Shown in pieces: positions 30,055 to 38,510 of a DNA stretch of 64,000 nt (its first letter is position 1; each line of letters begins with the position of its first letter). Below the pieces are notes generated by a model. That model was not told the DNA's origin. It was given only the letters and a program-made list of their open reading frames with translations, and searched no databases. Made by a program: the position numbers and the translations under genes. The DNA is from a virus. Lineage: Duplodnaviria; Caudoviricetes. The stretch spans positions 18,084-82,083 of the IMG/VR virus record IMGVR_UViG_3300033121_002300; one strand, written 5' to 3'.

Positions 30055-30732
30055 TTAAACAGCGAAATTAAATCTGAATCGAACTTTTGTTCTTGCATTT
30101 TTTGTAAACTTGTATTCGACCTGAGCAAGTTTTTTCTCACTGCCAACAACTTTTTTGAACTTACCTTTATAGGCTGTCAAATAATCACCTGGATCAATAT
30201 TAGTTAAGTCAAGCTCCTGAAATAATCTAGCTCCAGCCCAAGCCTCACCTGAACCGATAACTCCGGTGACGTTATAAGATCCCATAGTTCCTGGCTCATA
30301 AGCCGCATCAAAAACAGGCTTCAATGGACTTCCTGCAAATTTAGGAATCCAAGGATCATCAGTCTTATTAACGTAATCATGAACGATGTTTTCAAGCCCA
30401 GAGACTCTGAATCCAATCTGATTCGTGAACACCATATAAGTAGGCAAATCATCGGCATTTGCAGCGAAATCATAGAATCCATCAGGGCTCTGAATATTCA
30501 AAGCAGCTAACTGAGGCTCTGTATATCTCGCTGGATTAACCCTTGATAAAATCATACCATCCTCTAAATAATTGGGATAGTTGTCTATACCATTTGGTCC
30601 CCAAGATAAACCCGTGTAAAAAAATGGTAACGGGACAAACTCATAAGCACCAAATTGAGCGATTTCCAAATCATCAACTTCTGGTCTTAAGGGTTCATTG
30701 TCATTTCCCGGTTTCCCTAGCAAGAGTGTCAT
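30055..30732 (-). CDS. Putative capsid decoration/minor head protein
   Basis: Immediately upstream of the major capsid gene; beta-rich C-terminus DPGDYLTA...GKFK. Confidence 0.45.
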   Translation of the reverse strand: MTLLLGKPGNDNEPLRPEVDDLEIAQFGAYEFVPLPFFYTGLSWGPNGIDNYPNYLEDGMILSRVNPARYTEPQLAALNIQSPDGFYDFAANADDLPTYMVFTNQIGFRVSGLENIVHDYVNKTDDPWIPKFAGSPLKPVFDAAYEPGTMGSYNVTGVIGSGEAWAGARLFQELDLTNIDPGDYLTAYKGKFKKVVGSEKKLAQVEYKFTKNARTKVRFRFNFAV

Positions 30733-30753
30733 AGTTTTCCTCCTAATAAAATT

Positions 30754-31083
30754 TTATAAACTCATTATTTTAGAACGCCATCCAGACCAGCGATCTTCAC
30801 CGGCGTTAGATACATTCGGATTATTTATTACAGGCTTACCAAGACTCGCACTTTTAACGGGAACGTTTCCTGATATATCAAGTAATGATTGAGTAATTAA
30901 CTCCAATTCTTTGGAACTCATTGAAGCAAATTTAGTCCTCTGAGTGCTTTCCTCATCATCGGTCTGAATAATTCCAGATTCCTTTAGCTTACATATAGAT
31001 GACTCAACTTGGTCTTCTTTTTCAAGAGTATCAGCTAAATCACTTAATATATTAGCAGCCTTCATCAGCTTAGCTTTGAACAT
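30754..31083 (-). CDS. Small head-assembly protein with KxA motifs
   Basis: LMKAAN, TKFAS, VKSAS. Confidence 0.55.
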   Translation of the reverse strand: MFKAKLMKAANILSDLADTLEKEDQVESSICKLKESGIIQTDDEESTQRTKFASMSSKELELITQSLLDISGNVPVKSASLGKPVINNPNVSNAGEDRWSGWRSKIMSL

Positions 31084-31270
31084 TTCCTAATACTCCTTTT
31101 CCTACAGCATCAAGATATTCAGCAAGTCTAACCTGGGTAAAAACTTCCGCATCTACGGACAAATCTCCAGTTGAAGCTGTTTTATTTAAATCAACTTCAA
31201 TTGACTCAGCCGCTTCTTTTATTAACTTAGAAGCTTCTCTTAAGCCGCTTATAAGCTTTGAACTATCCAT
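31070..31270 (-). CDS. Small head-assembly protein with KxA motif
   Basis: LNKTAS; RBS ggag. Confidence 0.55.
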   Translation of the reverse strand: MDSSKLISGLREASKLIKEAAESIEVDLNKTASTGDLSVDAEVFTQVRLAEYLDAVGKGVLGNVQS

Positions 31271-31330
31271 ATTATTACTCCTATACTATTATTATGGTGC
31301 AACCGTGATTATTTCGGAACAACCTACAAC

Positions 31331-31888
31331 TTATTTTTGAATATTTAAATATTCAAGTTCAAAGGCTGAAGCTATTTTCTTTAAGTTATGCCCAAAAACC
31401 TGACCGGTTATCTCATCCATATAAGCTTGAGCTGCAACTTGAAGAGGATCGTGTGATGCTGATTTATTCATTTGAGCTATTTCAGCTTCAGTTTGAATAA
31501 ATGCATTTGAGTAAAGATCCTGGCATTCTTCAGGCCAATTAGCAGACTTATTTAATCCGTATCCAGCCATAACATCAACAGGTTCAGATAAGTTATACAT
31601 ACTCAATGCATCACAATGAGCCTGTTTAACAATTAAATTAGCCACATCTTCAGCGGTAAGCTGAGGTTCATTTGAATTATTAACCGTAACCCCAGCTTCA
31701 GCAAGTTTGACTAAAGTTTGCTCTACCGTATAATCATATAAAGCCTGGTCATCATCTGAAAAACTTGCAGACTTATTTAATCCATATTCCTGAAAAAAAT
31801 CACGAGAATCAGTTAATTGATATGATGACATAACATCGTTTTCTGCTTGAGAAACAATTAACTGATCCTTTGAAGTATATTCACTCAT
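31331..31888 (-). CDS. Scaffold/core-like protein with internal repeat
   Basis: YGLNKSA twice, MNKSAS, LKKIAS; C-terminus resembles that of the 32008 ORF. Confidence 0.55.
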   Translation of the reverse strand: MSEYTSKDQLIVSQAENDVMSSYQLTDSRDFFQEYGLNKSASFSDDDQALYDYTVEQTLVKLAEAGVTVNNSNEPQLTAEDVANLIVKQAHCDALSMYNLSEPVDVMAGYGLNKSANWPEECQDLYSNAFIQTEAEIAQMNKSASHDPLQVAAQAYMDEITGQVFGHNLKKIASAFELEYLNIQK

Positions 31889-31972
31889 AAAAACTCCTTC
31901 TAAAATACTATTAAAATTTATTGCTGAATTCTAATGTCAAGGTTGACAATAGCAATACAACCCTGATATTAA

Positions 31973-32003
31973 AATTCAACGATCCATTCAGGATCGTTGA
32001 ATT
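31973..32003. terminator. Perfect 13-bp inverted repeat after the 32008 ORF (terminator or RNA-processing hairpin)
   Basis: aattcaacgatcc-attca-ggatcgttgaatt. Confidence 0.55.
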
Positions 32004-32007
32004 CTTC

Positions 32008-33243
32008 TTATTCTCCGCCTAATGCAACGTATTCAAACAAACTGGCTTCTTTTTTGAAATTTTCATTATAAACCTGTTCAAAAATTTCACCAACATATGC
32101 TTTAGCAGCCAAAGCCATAGGGTCTGAAACATTAGCTGATTTTTGCAACTCATTAACATCTATCCCAAGATCAGCAAGAGCTTGATTATAACCATCAGCA
32201 AAAATTTCGCTTCCCATTGACTGCTCTTTTGTCATTCTGTTATAACCATACAGTCCAGCCCCACCTAAAGCAGCAGCTCCAACACCAGCTTGAACATAAG
32301 GGTTTTTAGCTGCATTCATAACATGAGCCGCACCTTGTCTTAATGTATCAGAAGCCTGGTTATAAGCAGCATTAGCTCTTCCAGAAAAAGAACGAGCGTA
32401 GGCTTCTTGATTTGCCTGCTGAATAGCCGCATGAGCCTGAGCAGCTCTTTCAGCTTCCATCATCGCAGCTTGAGATCTTGTAGGCATGCCTCTCATGTGA
32501 GCAACTCCGTCCCCTGCCATTCCATAAAGTTCTTTAGCACCAGAAGCTATTGATTTTCTACCTTTATAAGCACCGAGAGCAGCTAGACCTGCAGCTCCTA
32601 ATCCCGCACCTATCGAACCGTATCCAGCAGCTCTTTCAACGCCAGGTGAAGCTCTCAATATATCATCAAGATTAATCTGACTTTCTAGGTGAGAAATATC
32701 TCTAATTTCATTTTTTACAGAGCTTGGCAATACTCTATTTCCAAGATCCATAACACGCTGATCAACAGCGCCAGCTAACCCTTTAATAGAACTCCCGGCA
32801 GCCCTGAGTTTATTTGCGGCGCTTGCCTTAAGACCTTTAATAGCCTCCATCCCCGCTGTGGCTGCGGATGCTGTTTTAACAGCAAAACCATTCCCTGTAT
32901 CGTACATGTTTCCCCCTTTGTTAACTGATTCTCTTATGATATTAGCATGTTTGGCAATATTAATAGCCTGTAAAGCTGCAACTTTATCTAACTTAAACAT
33001 AGTCTGTTCATCTAAGTTAGACACAGCCTGCTTGAAAGCATCCTCAATGGTTGAGGCTTTTTTTTCTTCTTTTTTTTCTTCTTTTTTATCCTCTTCCTTC
33101 TTATCTTCTTTCTTTTCCTTTTTGTCTTCTTTTTCTTCTTCATCTTCTTTCTTTTTATCTTTTTTTTCTTCTTCTTTTTCAGAAGCAGACTTATTGAGAC
33201 TACCAGAAAGATGGTTGTTAATAAAATCCTGCAAAGATGGCAT
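32008..33243 (-). CDS. Scaffold/internal head protein with E/K-rich tract and Gly/Ala-rich helices
   Basis: LNKSAS-EKEEEKKDKKK...EKKAS; GAGLGAAGLAALGAY and GVGAAALGGAGLYGY segments. Confidence 0.6.
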   Translation of the reverse strand: MPSLQDFINNHLSGSLNKSASEKEEEKKDKKKEDEEEKEDKKEKKEDKKEEDKKEEKKEEKKASTIEDAFKQAVSNLDEQTMFKLDKVAALQAINIAKHANIIRESVNKGGNMYDTGNGFAVKTASAATAGMEAIKGLKASAANKLRAAGSSIKGLAGAVDQRVMDLGNRVLPSSVKNEIRDISHLESQINLDDILRASPGVERAAGYGSIGAGLGAAGLAALGAYKGRKSIASGAKELYGMAGDGVAHMRGMPTRSQAAMMEAERAAQAHAAIQQANQEAYARSFSGRANAAYNQASDTLRQGAAHVMNAAKNPYVQAGVGAAALGGAGLYGYNRMTKEQSMGSEIFADGYNQALADLGIDVNELQKSANVSDPMALAAKAYVGEIFEQVYNENFKKEASLFEYVALGGE

Positions 33244-33309
33244 TTCCCTTTTCCTCCAAAATAAATTCTTATATTAAATATTAATTAGCAAATCAAAAAC
33301 TTATGATAA

Positions 33310-35097
33310 TCATCCTTTATCAAAAAATTTTCTCCTATCATTATAGTACAACTTATCAGTATTAGAATTCAATAACCCTTGCAATATTTCAGCATTTGTA
33401 GCATCAAATTTTATCCCAGCTCTAAGTAATTCTTTTTTTACAAGAGGGGAATTTAGAAAATTTGAGAGCTTGGGTAGTAATTCTGGTTCCGATAAAATCC
33501 TAGCAATCAAAACAGCCTGAGCTTGTTGACCCAATTGATCTGTAACCGCTGAATAGTCAACAGCAGGTTCAGATGCTGTTTTACTAAACCCACGAGAAAG
33601 AACAAATTCAGGTGAATAACTTTTCCTTTGTAAAAAAGGTTCAACAATATAAATAACCTTTTTAAACTCATCAATATTAGGCTCTGATTTATTTATATTT
33701 ATCTTTATGTCAACCTTAAATACCGGTTCATCATATGAGGATAACCTAAAATCCCTGCATGATGATACTGCCCTTGAGATTAAACCACTAACACCTAAAG
33801 GTAGATCAAATAATAAGTTAGCAATATCCTGATTAGTCGGATTAATAGACATCAAACCCAAATATGATAATAAATTACTTAAAGGGAAGTTCCTTAATCT
33901 TTTTATTACTGGTAAAGGAAACGGTTCTTCGGAATTTCTCCAACTGCTTAAATTATTAGAAACAACATTAGCAAGCTCATGAGAATAATCCATATTTTTC
34001 ATGTTCATAGGTTTAATGGAAATAGGCTGCTGATTACTGTCAAAAACCGGAAGATGCACTCTTGGTTTATATTCATCCAAAGAAGACTTAAATGTTGGAG
34101 TCTGCACCTGCTTATCAGCACTTAAAACATTTACATCTCTATCGTCAATAGCAATTTTATCAGCGATTGACTGATTTCTTGATTCCAACACATCTATGTT
34201 AGCTTGTTTCGAATAAATTAAATAATCATTACCAAAACACCAGGTATTTTCAGAATAATAAATTTTATCCGAATCAAAGGCAACTTTAGTCAACATAGCA
34301 GCAACAGGATCTGCTGGTCTATCAGTTAAAGTCATATCAAAGAAATAAGGGTAATCATTCGCCATTGCATATAAACGACCATTTATATCAATAATTCCAC
34401 GAGTTCTCCTGTCTCTCAAGCATGAACAGTAATTACTTAATGATGTTGATAGATTACCACAGTTCATACAGCGATCAAATCCAACATCACAAGCCATTGA
34501 AACCCCAACAGGTTCACCATTATCAATTTTGTACACCCATTTAGGAAATTTCTGTTCAGAAACAGTTTGAATTATCTCAACACGATACACTTTAGGGTTC
34601 CAAAATTCTTTTAGAATATAACCACCACGAGGTTCTTTAGGATTTGAGTAATCAACCGGTTTACCCATTAACTCAGGAGGGACTCTATTATTATGTTCTT
34701 GAAAGGTATTACCACCTCCAATTTGAATCCCTCTGGAATCAAATTTAGTTGGAAAAGTTGAAATACCCCAGACCTTTGGTATTTTATTTCGATACTTATC
34801 GAAATGACTTTGAGGAACATCAGAAGGGTGCTTACCTAACAAACCGTTTATAGGAAATGTATCAGCTTTTTTATTAGCCCCCCAATATTCTGTACTACCA
34901 ATACCGGTAACAAGTATTATCCTATATCCCGGAATAGGTTCAAGCTTTGAAGCATATTCTAAAGCCTCCTCAGAGGCTGCGGTCTTGGAAAAACGATCAT
35001 CAAACTCATATCCTGATTTTGTTAATACAAACGGGGTTACTCTTTTCTCTTTTGAAGAAAGATATTCACTGTTTGATAATGTTATTCGTTTTTCCAT
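33310..35097 (-). CDS. Prohead (capsid maturation) serine protease with Zn ribbon and C-terminal extension
   Basis: FQEHNN (His), GVSMAC (Ser), CMNCG...YCSC, FFDMTLTDRPADPVA; upstream of scaffold and capsid genes. Confidence 0.75.
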   Translation of the reverse strand: MEKRITLSNSEYLSSKEKRVTPFVLTKSGYEFDDRFSKTAASEEALEYASKLEPIPGYRIILVTGIGSTEYWGANKKADTFPINGLLGKHPSDVPQSHFDKYRNKIPKVWGISTFPTKFDSRGIQIGGGNTFQEHNNRVPPELMGKPVDYSNPKEPRGGYILKEFWNPKVYRVEIIQTVSEQKFPKWVYKIDNGEPVGVSMACDVGFDRCMNCGNLSTSLSNYCSCLRDRRTRGIIDINGRLYAMANDYPYFFDMTLTDRPADPVAAMLTKVAFDSDKIYYSENTWCFGNDYLIYSKQANIDVLESRNQSIADKIAIDDRDVNVLSADKQVQTPTFKSSLDEYKPRVHLPVFDSNQQPISIKPMNMKNMDYSHELANVVSNNLSSWRNSEEPFPLPVIKRLRNFPLSNLLSYLGLMSINPTNQDIANLLFDLPLGVSGLISRAVSSCRDFRLSSYDEPVFKVDIKININKSEPNIDEFKKVIYIVEPFLQRKSYSPEFVLSRGFSKTASEPAVDYSAVTDQLGQQAQAVLIARILSEPELLPKLSNFLNSPLVKKELLRAGIKFDATNAEILQGLLNSNTDKLYYNDRRKFFDKG

Positions 35098-35105
35098 TTA
35101 ACTTA

Positions 35106-35672
35106 TTACTGAAGGTAAGGAATTAATTCCTGTGGAACAAGACCGTTTGCAATCATTGTAGGAATAAGAACACTTACATCACTCGCTGTTTTATTTAAAG
35201 CATTTTCAACCATTTGCTCATAAATAGCAGGTTCGGTTGGAACAACATTTTCAAAAACAGGAACAAGCTGATCGTCAATATTAACAACCTTGCTTGCCAT
35301 TTTTTCCATAAAGGACTCAGATTCACTTACATGATTTGCAACTTTCCCCATAGCAGGACCAGCCATTGCAACATTATTTATTGCGTTTGAAATAGTCTGA
35401 TATCTTTCAGAAATAGTACCCTTATAAGGAATTAAGTTAGTTCCAGATATTTGACCATCAAGATAGTTCTGTCTATTGGCGGCCGCTCTCATTTCTGATA
35501 AAACAGAAAACTGAGCTCTACTTGGATCTGGATTTACCATACCAGCCCCATGATTTCCAAAGGCTGTAGGGAGAGCTTCCTCATTAGCCTGCTTAGCCTT
35601 AAAGAGAGCTCTTTCAGCTAAGTTTAATAGTCTGTCGTTTTGGTTGTACATGTTTGTCTCCTTACTGCACAA
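35106..35672 (-). CDS. Head-assembly protein with multiple KxA motifs
   Basis: AKQAN, GKVAN, EKMAS, NKTAS; start probably Met 8 after RBS aaggag. Confidence 0.55.
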   Translation of the reverse strand: MCSKETNMYNQNDRLLNLAERALFKAKQANEEALPTAFGNHGAGMVNPDPSRAQFSVLSEMRAAANRQNYLDGQISGTNLIPYKGTISERYQTISNAINNVAMAGPAMGKVANHVSESESFMEKMASKVVNIDDQLVPVFENVVPTEPAIYEQMVENALNKTASDVSVLIPTMIANGLVPQELIPYLQ

Positions 35673-35750
35673 GAAATTTTAAAAAAAATTTAACATAAAA
35701 ACATTAACAAGTATATTATATAATATCAATCATCATTCACGCAACTGCAA

Positions 35751-36842
35751 TTATCTTACCATGCTAAATAATTGAGTTCCGGTATTTGCTACATCAAAAG
35801 GTAAACTCATTGAATTACCGCTTATCTTTTGTTGTGCTTCAGCTAACTCTTTCATAATTACAGGAGTTGCTCCTCCAAAATTTACCATATTTTCAATAAA
35901 ATTAGCAGAGACCCTTATATCTCTCCCAACAGACGGAGCTATTCTGAAAATCATTCGATAATAATCAAGAATCATTTGTCTATCTAAACCGGCAAGCATT
36001 GGTTTTATTTCAAATATTTTTGAAAGATTATATCTTATAGGTATTTCAATTGTCGGATCTGGAACACCAATATTTTTAAATGTATCAATTACTTTCATAG
36101 CAGCAAGCCCTCCTCCGGCAAGAGCTGCTCCTCCGGCTAAAGGGCCCAATAATTGACCAACAGTTGATCGTTGCATTTTACCGATCAAAGTGTCGCTTTT
36201 TTGAAGCTCACGATTTAATCTTTCTTTTTCAAGAATAGACTTTTCTATTTCAAGATCTTTTAATGTATTTTCAGTTGAACGTAGTTGGGTTTCAACTAAT
36301 TCCTTTATATGTCTAGGTTCAACCCCTACATCAGCAAGTCTACCTATATCTCCGATCATGTTACTTAATTCCGGAGATAATTCAGACAAAGCCCTGGTTG
36401 CTTTATAGTCTCTATAAGCATTTGCACCAAAATGAGTCAAACCAGCTCCAGCTCCAATTAAACCCATAGCAGCTAAACCGCCAACTTTATTCGAATGAGC
36501 TTGCCTTAATTTCTGTATATCATCTAATCTCTGTTTCTTTTTCAATATATCTTCTTGACTTAATTTAAAGGCATTATCATATTCAGCCCTCTCTTTTCCA
36601 TGTAATAACTTAATCTTCTCAATCTCTTCTCTGCTAGGCATATCTCCAATTGGGCTTAAAGTTAAAGACGGAGGAGTGTAATTTCTAACCTGATCATTTA
36701 ATACCCTTTCTTCAACTTCAAGCAAAGGGTAAGACTTACTAAACGGCCTTATCTTTTCACTATATTCAGTAAGAGCTTCACCTAATGGTTTTACAAATGA
36801 AAAAATACTACCAGATTTAACCTTAGAATCTAAACTACCCAT
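35751..36842 (-). CDS. Internal virion protein with Gly-zipper helices
   Basis: GGLAAMGLIGAGAGLTHFG and LAGGAALAGGGLAAM; N-terminus MGSLDSKVK shared with the 52050 ORF. Confidence 0.55.
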   Translation of the reverse strand: MGSLDSKVKSGSIFSFVKPLGEALTEYSEKIRPFSKSYPLLEVEERVLNDQVRNYTPPSLTLSPIGDMPSREEIEKIKLLHGKERAEYDNAFKLSQEDILKKKQRLDDIQKLRQAHSNKVGGLAAMGLIGAGAGLTHFGANAYRDYKATRALSELSPELSNMIGDIGRLADVGVEPRHIKELVETQLRSTENTLKDLEIEKSILEKERLNRELQKSDTLIGKMQRSTVGQLLGPLAGGAALAGGGLAAMKVIDTFKNIGVPDPTIEIPIRYNLSKIFEIKPMLAGLDRQMILDYYRMIFRIAPSVGRDIRVSANFIENMVNFGGATPVIMKELAEAQQKISGNSMSLPFDVANTGTQLFSMVR

Positions 36843-37641
36843 CTATCATAACCCCCGCAACATTATTTAAACTTTGTCTCTTCTGATTTAACTCATCCAA
36901 TTCATTTACAATTGAAATAAACTCACCAGTTAAATGATTAAAATTACCCTCAAGAGATGCTAGTTTGGAAATTTTTGAATCCATTGGATATAAATTTGTT
37001 TTAATACCTATATGAGATTTAGCATTATTATTATCATAAAGATAATCAATTAAAGCAGAAGCCTTTTTAGATAAAGAAGTTAAAATATCAGATTTGGAAT
37101 AACCAACTCTTTTTAAGTCATCCACACAATCATTTGCCTCTTTTAAGATCTTCTCCATCTTAATTTCAGTTTTTACTTTTTTATCTTTTAAACTGTAAAT
37201 ATCATCATTAGCCAGCTTGCGCATAAGAGGAGCTACATTTATCTTTGGAGGAACACTTTTATTCTCACCAGAAAGATTAGCGCTTTTACGCAAAGAGTTA
37301 CTTAAGTCAACGCCCTCCCAGAAAGAGGAACTTGATTTATATTCTGGATAGTTATAATTAGCAACCTTTGTTTTTGGTTTATTATATTTATCCAAATAAG
37401 AAACAACTTCGTCATATCCAGCAATAGGAACATTATGAGAACCAGTTTTAAGAACATAAGCTTCATTTGTCAATCCGACCATGTTCTTGATTTTATTATC
37501 ATTGAAGTTTTCCTTTGTTGCAGCTTTAGCAATCAAGGAAGACAAAGGAACTCTTGCCTCCGGATCAACGCTAGAAGATAAATGATCTTCTATTATTTGC
37601 TCTGCAATTTTACGCATCCTCGGCTTTATATCTTGGACCAT
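36835..37641 (-). CDS. Head core/scaffold-like coiled-coil protein with six KxA motifs
   Basis: RKIAE, KVAN, RKSAN, RKLAN, KKAS, KLAS. Confidence 0.55.
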   Translation of the reverse strand: MVQDIKPRMRKIAEQIIEDHLSSSVDPEARVPLSSLIAKAATKENFNDNKIKNMVGLTNEAYVLKTGSHNVPIAGYDEVVSYLDKYNKPKTKVANYNYPEYKSSSSFWEGVDLSNSLRKSANLSGENKSVPPKINVAPLMRKLANDDIYSLKDKKVKTEIKMEKILKEANDCVDDLKRVGYSKSDILTSLSKKASALIDYLYDNNNAKSHIGIKTNLYPMDSKISKLASLEGNFNHLTGEFISIVNELDELNQKRQSLNNVAGVMIDG

Positions 37642-38341
37642 CGTACCTTACCTTTAACCTTTTATTATTTACTATAATAGGACTCTTATGAACCTCATTT
37701 CCTAGTTCATAAAAATTTCCATAGCCCCGTCTTTCGATTACAGTTATCTCGCCGGGCACGTTAACATCATTTCGAACTCGCCACTCTCTTTCTTGTGGTA
37801 ATTTACATTCAAATTCAACTTTAGGAATTTGTAATGCATAAACAGGCACCCCATCAGAAAGAGTACCCAAAAACTTGGATTGCCTTAAGTATAAAACAAG
37901 AGTTGCCATTTGATCTCTCCAGAACAGAATACACCTTTCTTCCTGAGGATCTAAATCATACTCAACAACGTATTGCTTTCTGTTTTCAGGTGTAGGCTCA
38001 ATTGGGGAAATGTTTTTTATAACCAACTCATTAGTCTCTTGATCTATATAAGCTGTATTTATATCTTCCGGAAATCTATTTTGAATCTTCAATTTATCTT
38101 TACTCACTATGATTTTATCTATCTCAGCCCAAGGGGTGTAACTTCTTCCGATATTAAAAATGTCAAACCCAACAAGGCCCTCTCTTTTAAAGATAAGAGT
38201 ATTTCCGTCTTCATAATCATCACTTAATGGAACTTGAGTTCCTTGTGTCATTCCTTTAACTAAAGCTGTCATAAATACCTCTCGTGTGTACAATAATAGA
38301 ACTATTAATAGTTTATCATTTATAGAATATGTTGTAAACAA
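37610..38341 (-). CDS. Hypothetical protein (probable start Met at 38270)
   Basis: RBS gaggt directly before MTALVKG. Confidence 0.55.
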   Translation of the reverse strand: MFTTYSINDKLLIVLLLYTREVFMTALVKGMTQGTQVPLSDDYEDGNTLIFKREGLVGFDIFNIGRSYTPWAEIDKIIVSKDKLKIQNRFPEDINTAYIDQETNELVIKNISPIEPTPENRKQYVVEYDLDPQEERCILFWRDQMATLVLYLRQSKFLGTLSDGVPVYALQIPKVEFECKLPQEREWRVRNDVNVPGEITVIERRGYGNFYELGNEVHKSPIIVNNKRLKVRYDGPRYKAEDA

Positions 38342-38510
38342 ACATTTTTTACTATCAAAAAAACCAACCTTCTTTGCACTATTTTTATGAAACGTGAGGT
38401 GAGTATGTTAATTAAATTTTACCAAAAAAAAGAAAATACTCACAATTACTATTTTTTAATTAATCAATTTTTGTTAAAATTTAAATGTATGTAAATAAAA
38501 GGAAAATCAA

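Noticed and set aside
33060-33185. E/K-rich tract read as a DNA microsatellite or regulatory repeat
   Set aside because: Imperfect at DNA level; explained by a charged low-complexity protein segment (EEKKDKKKEDEEEK...)
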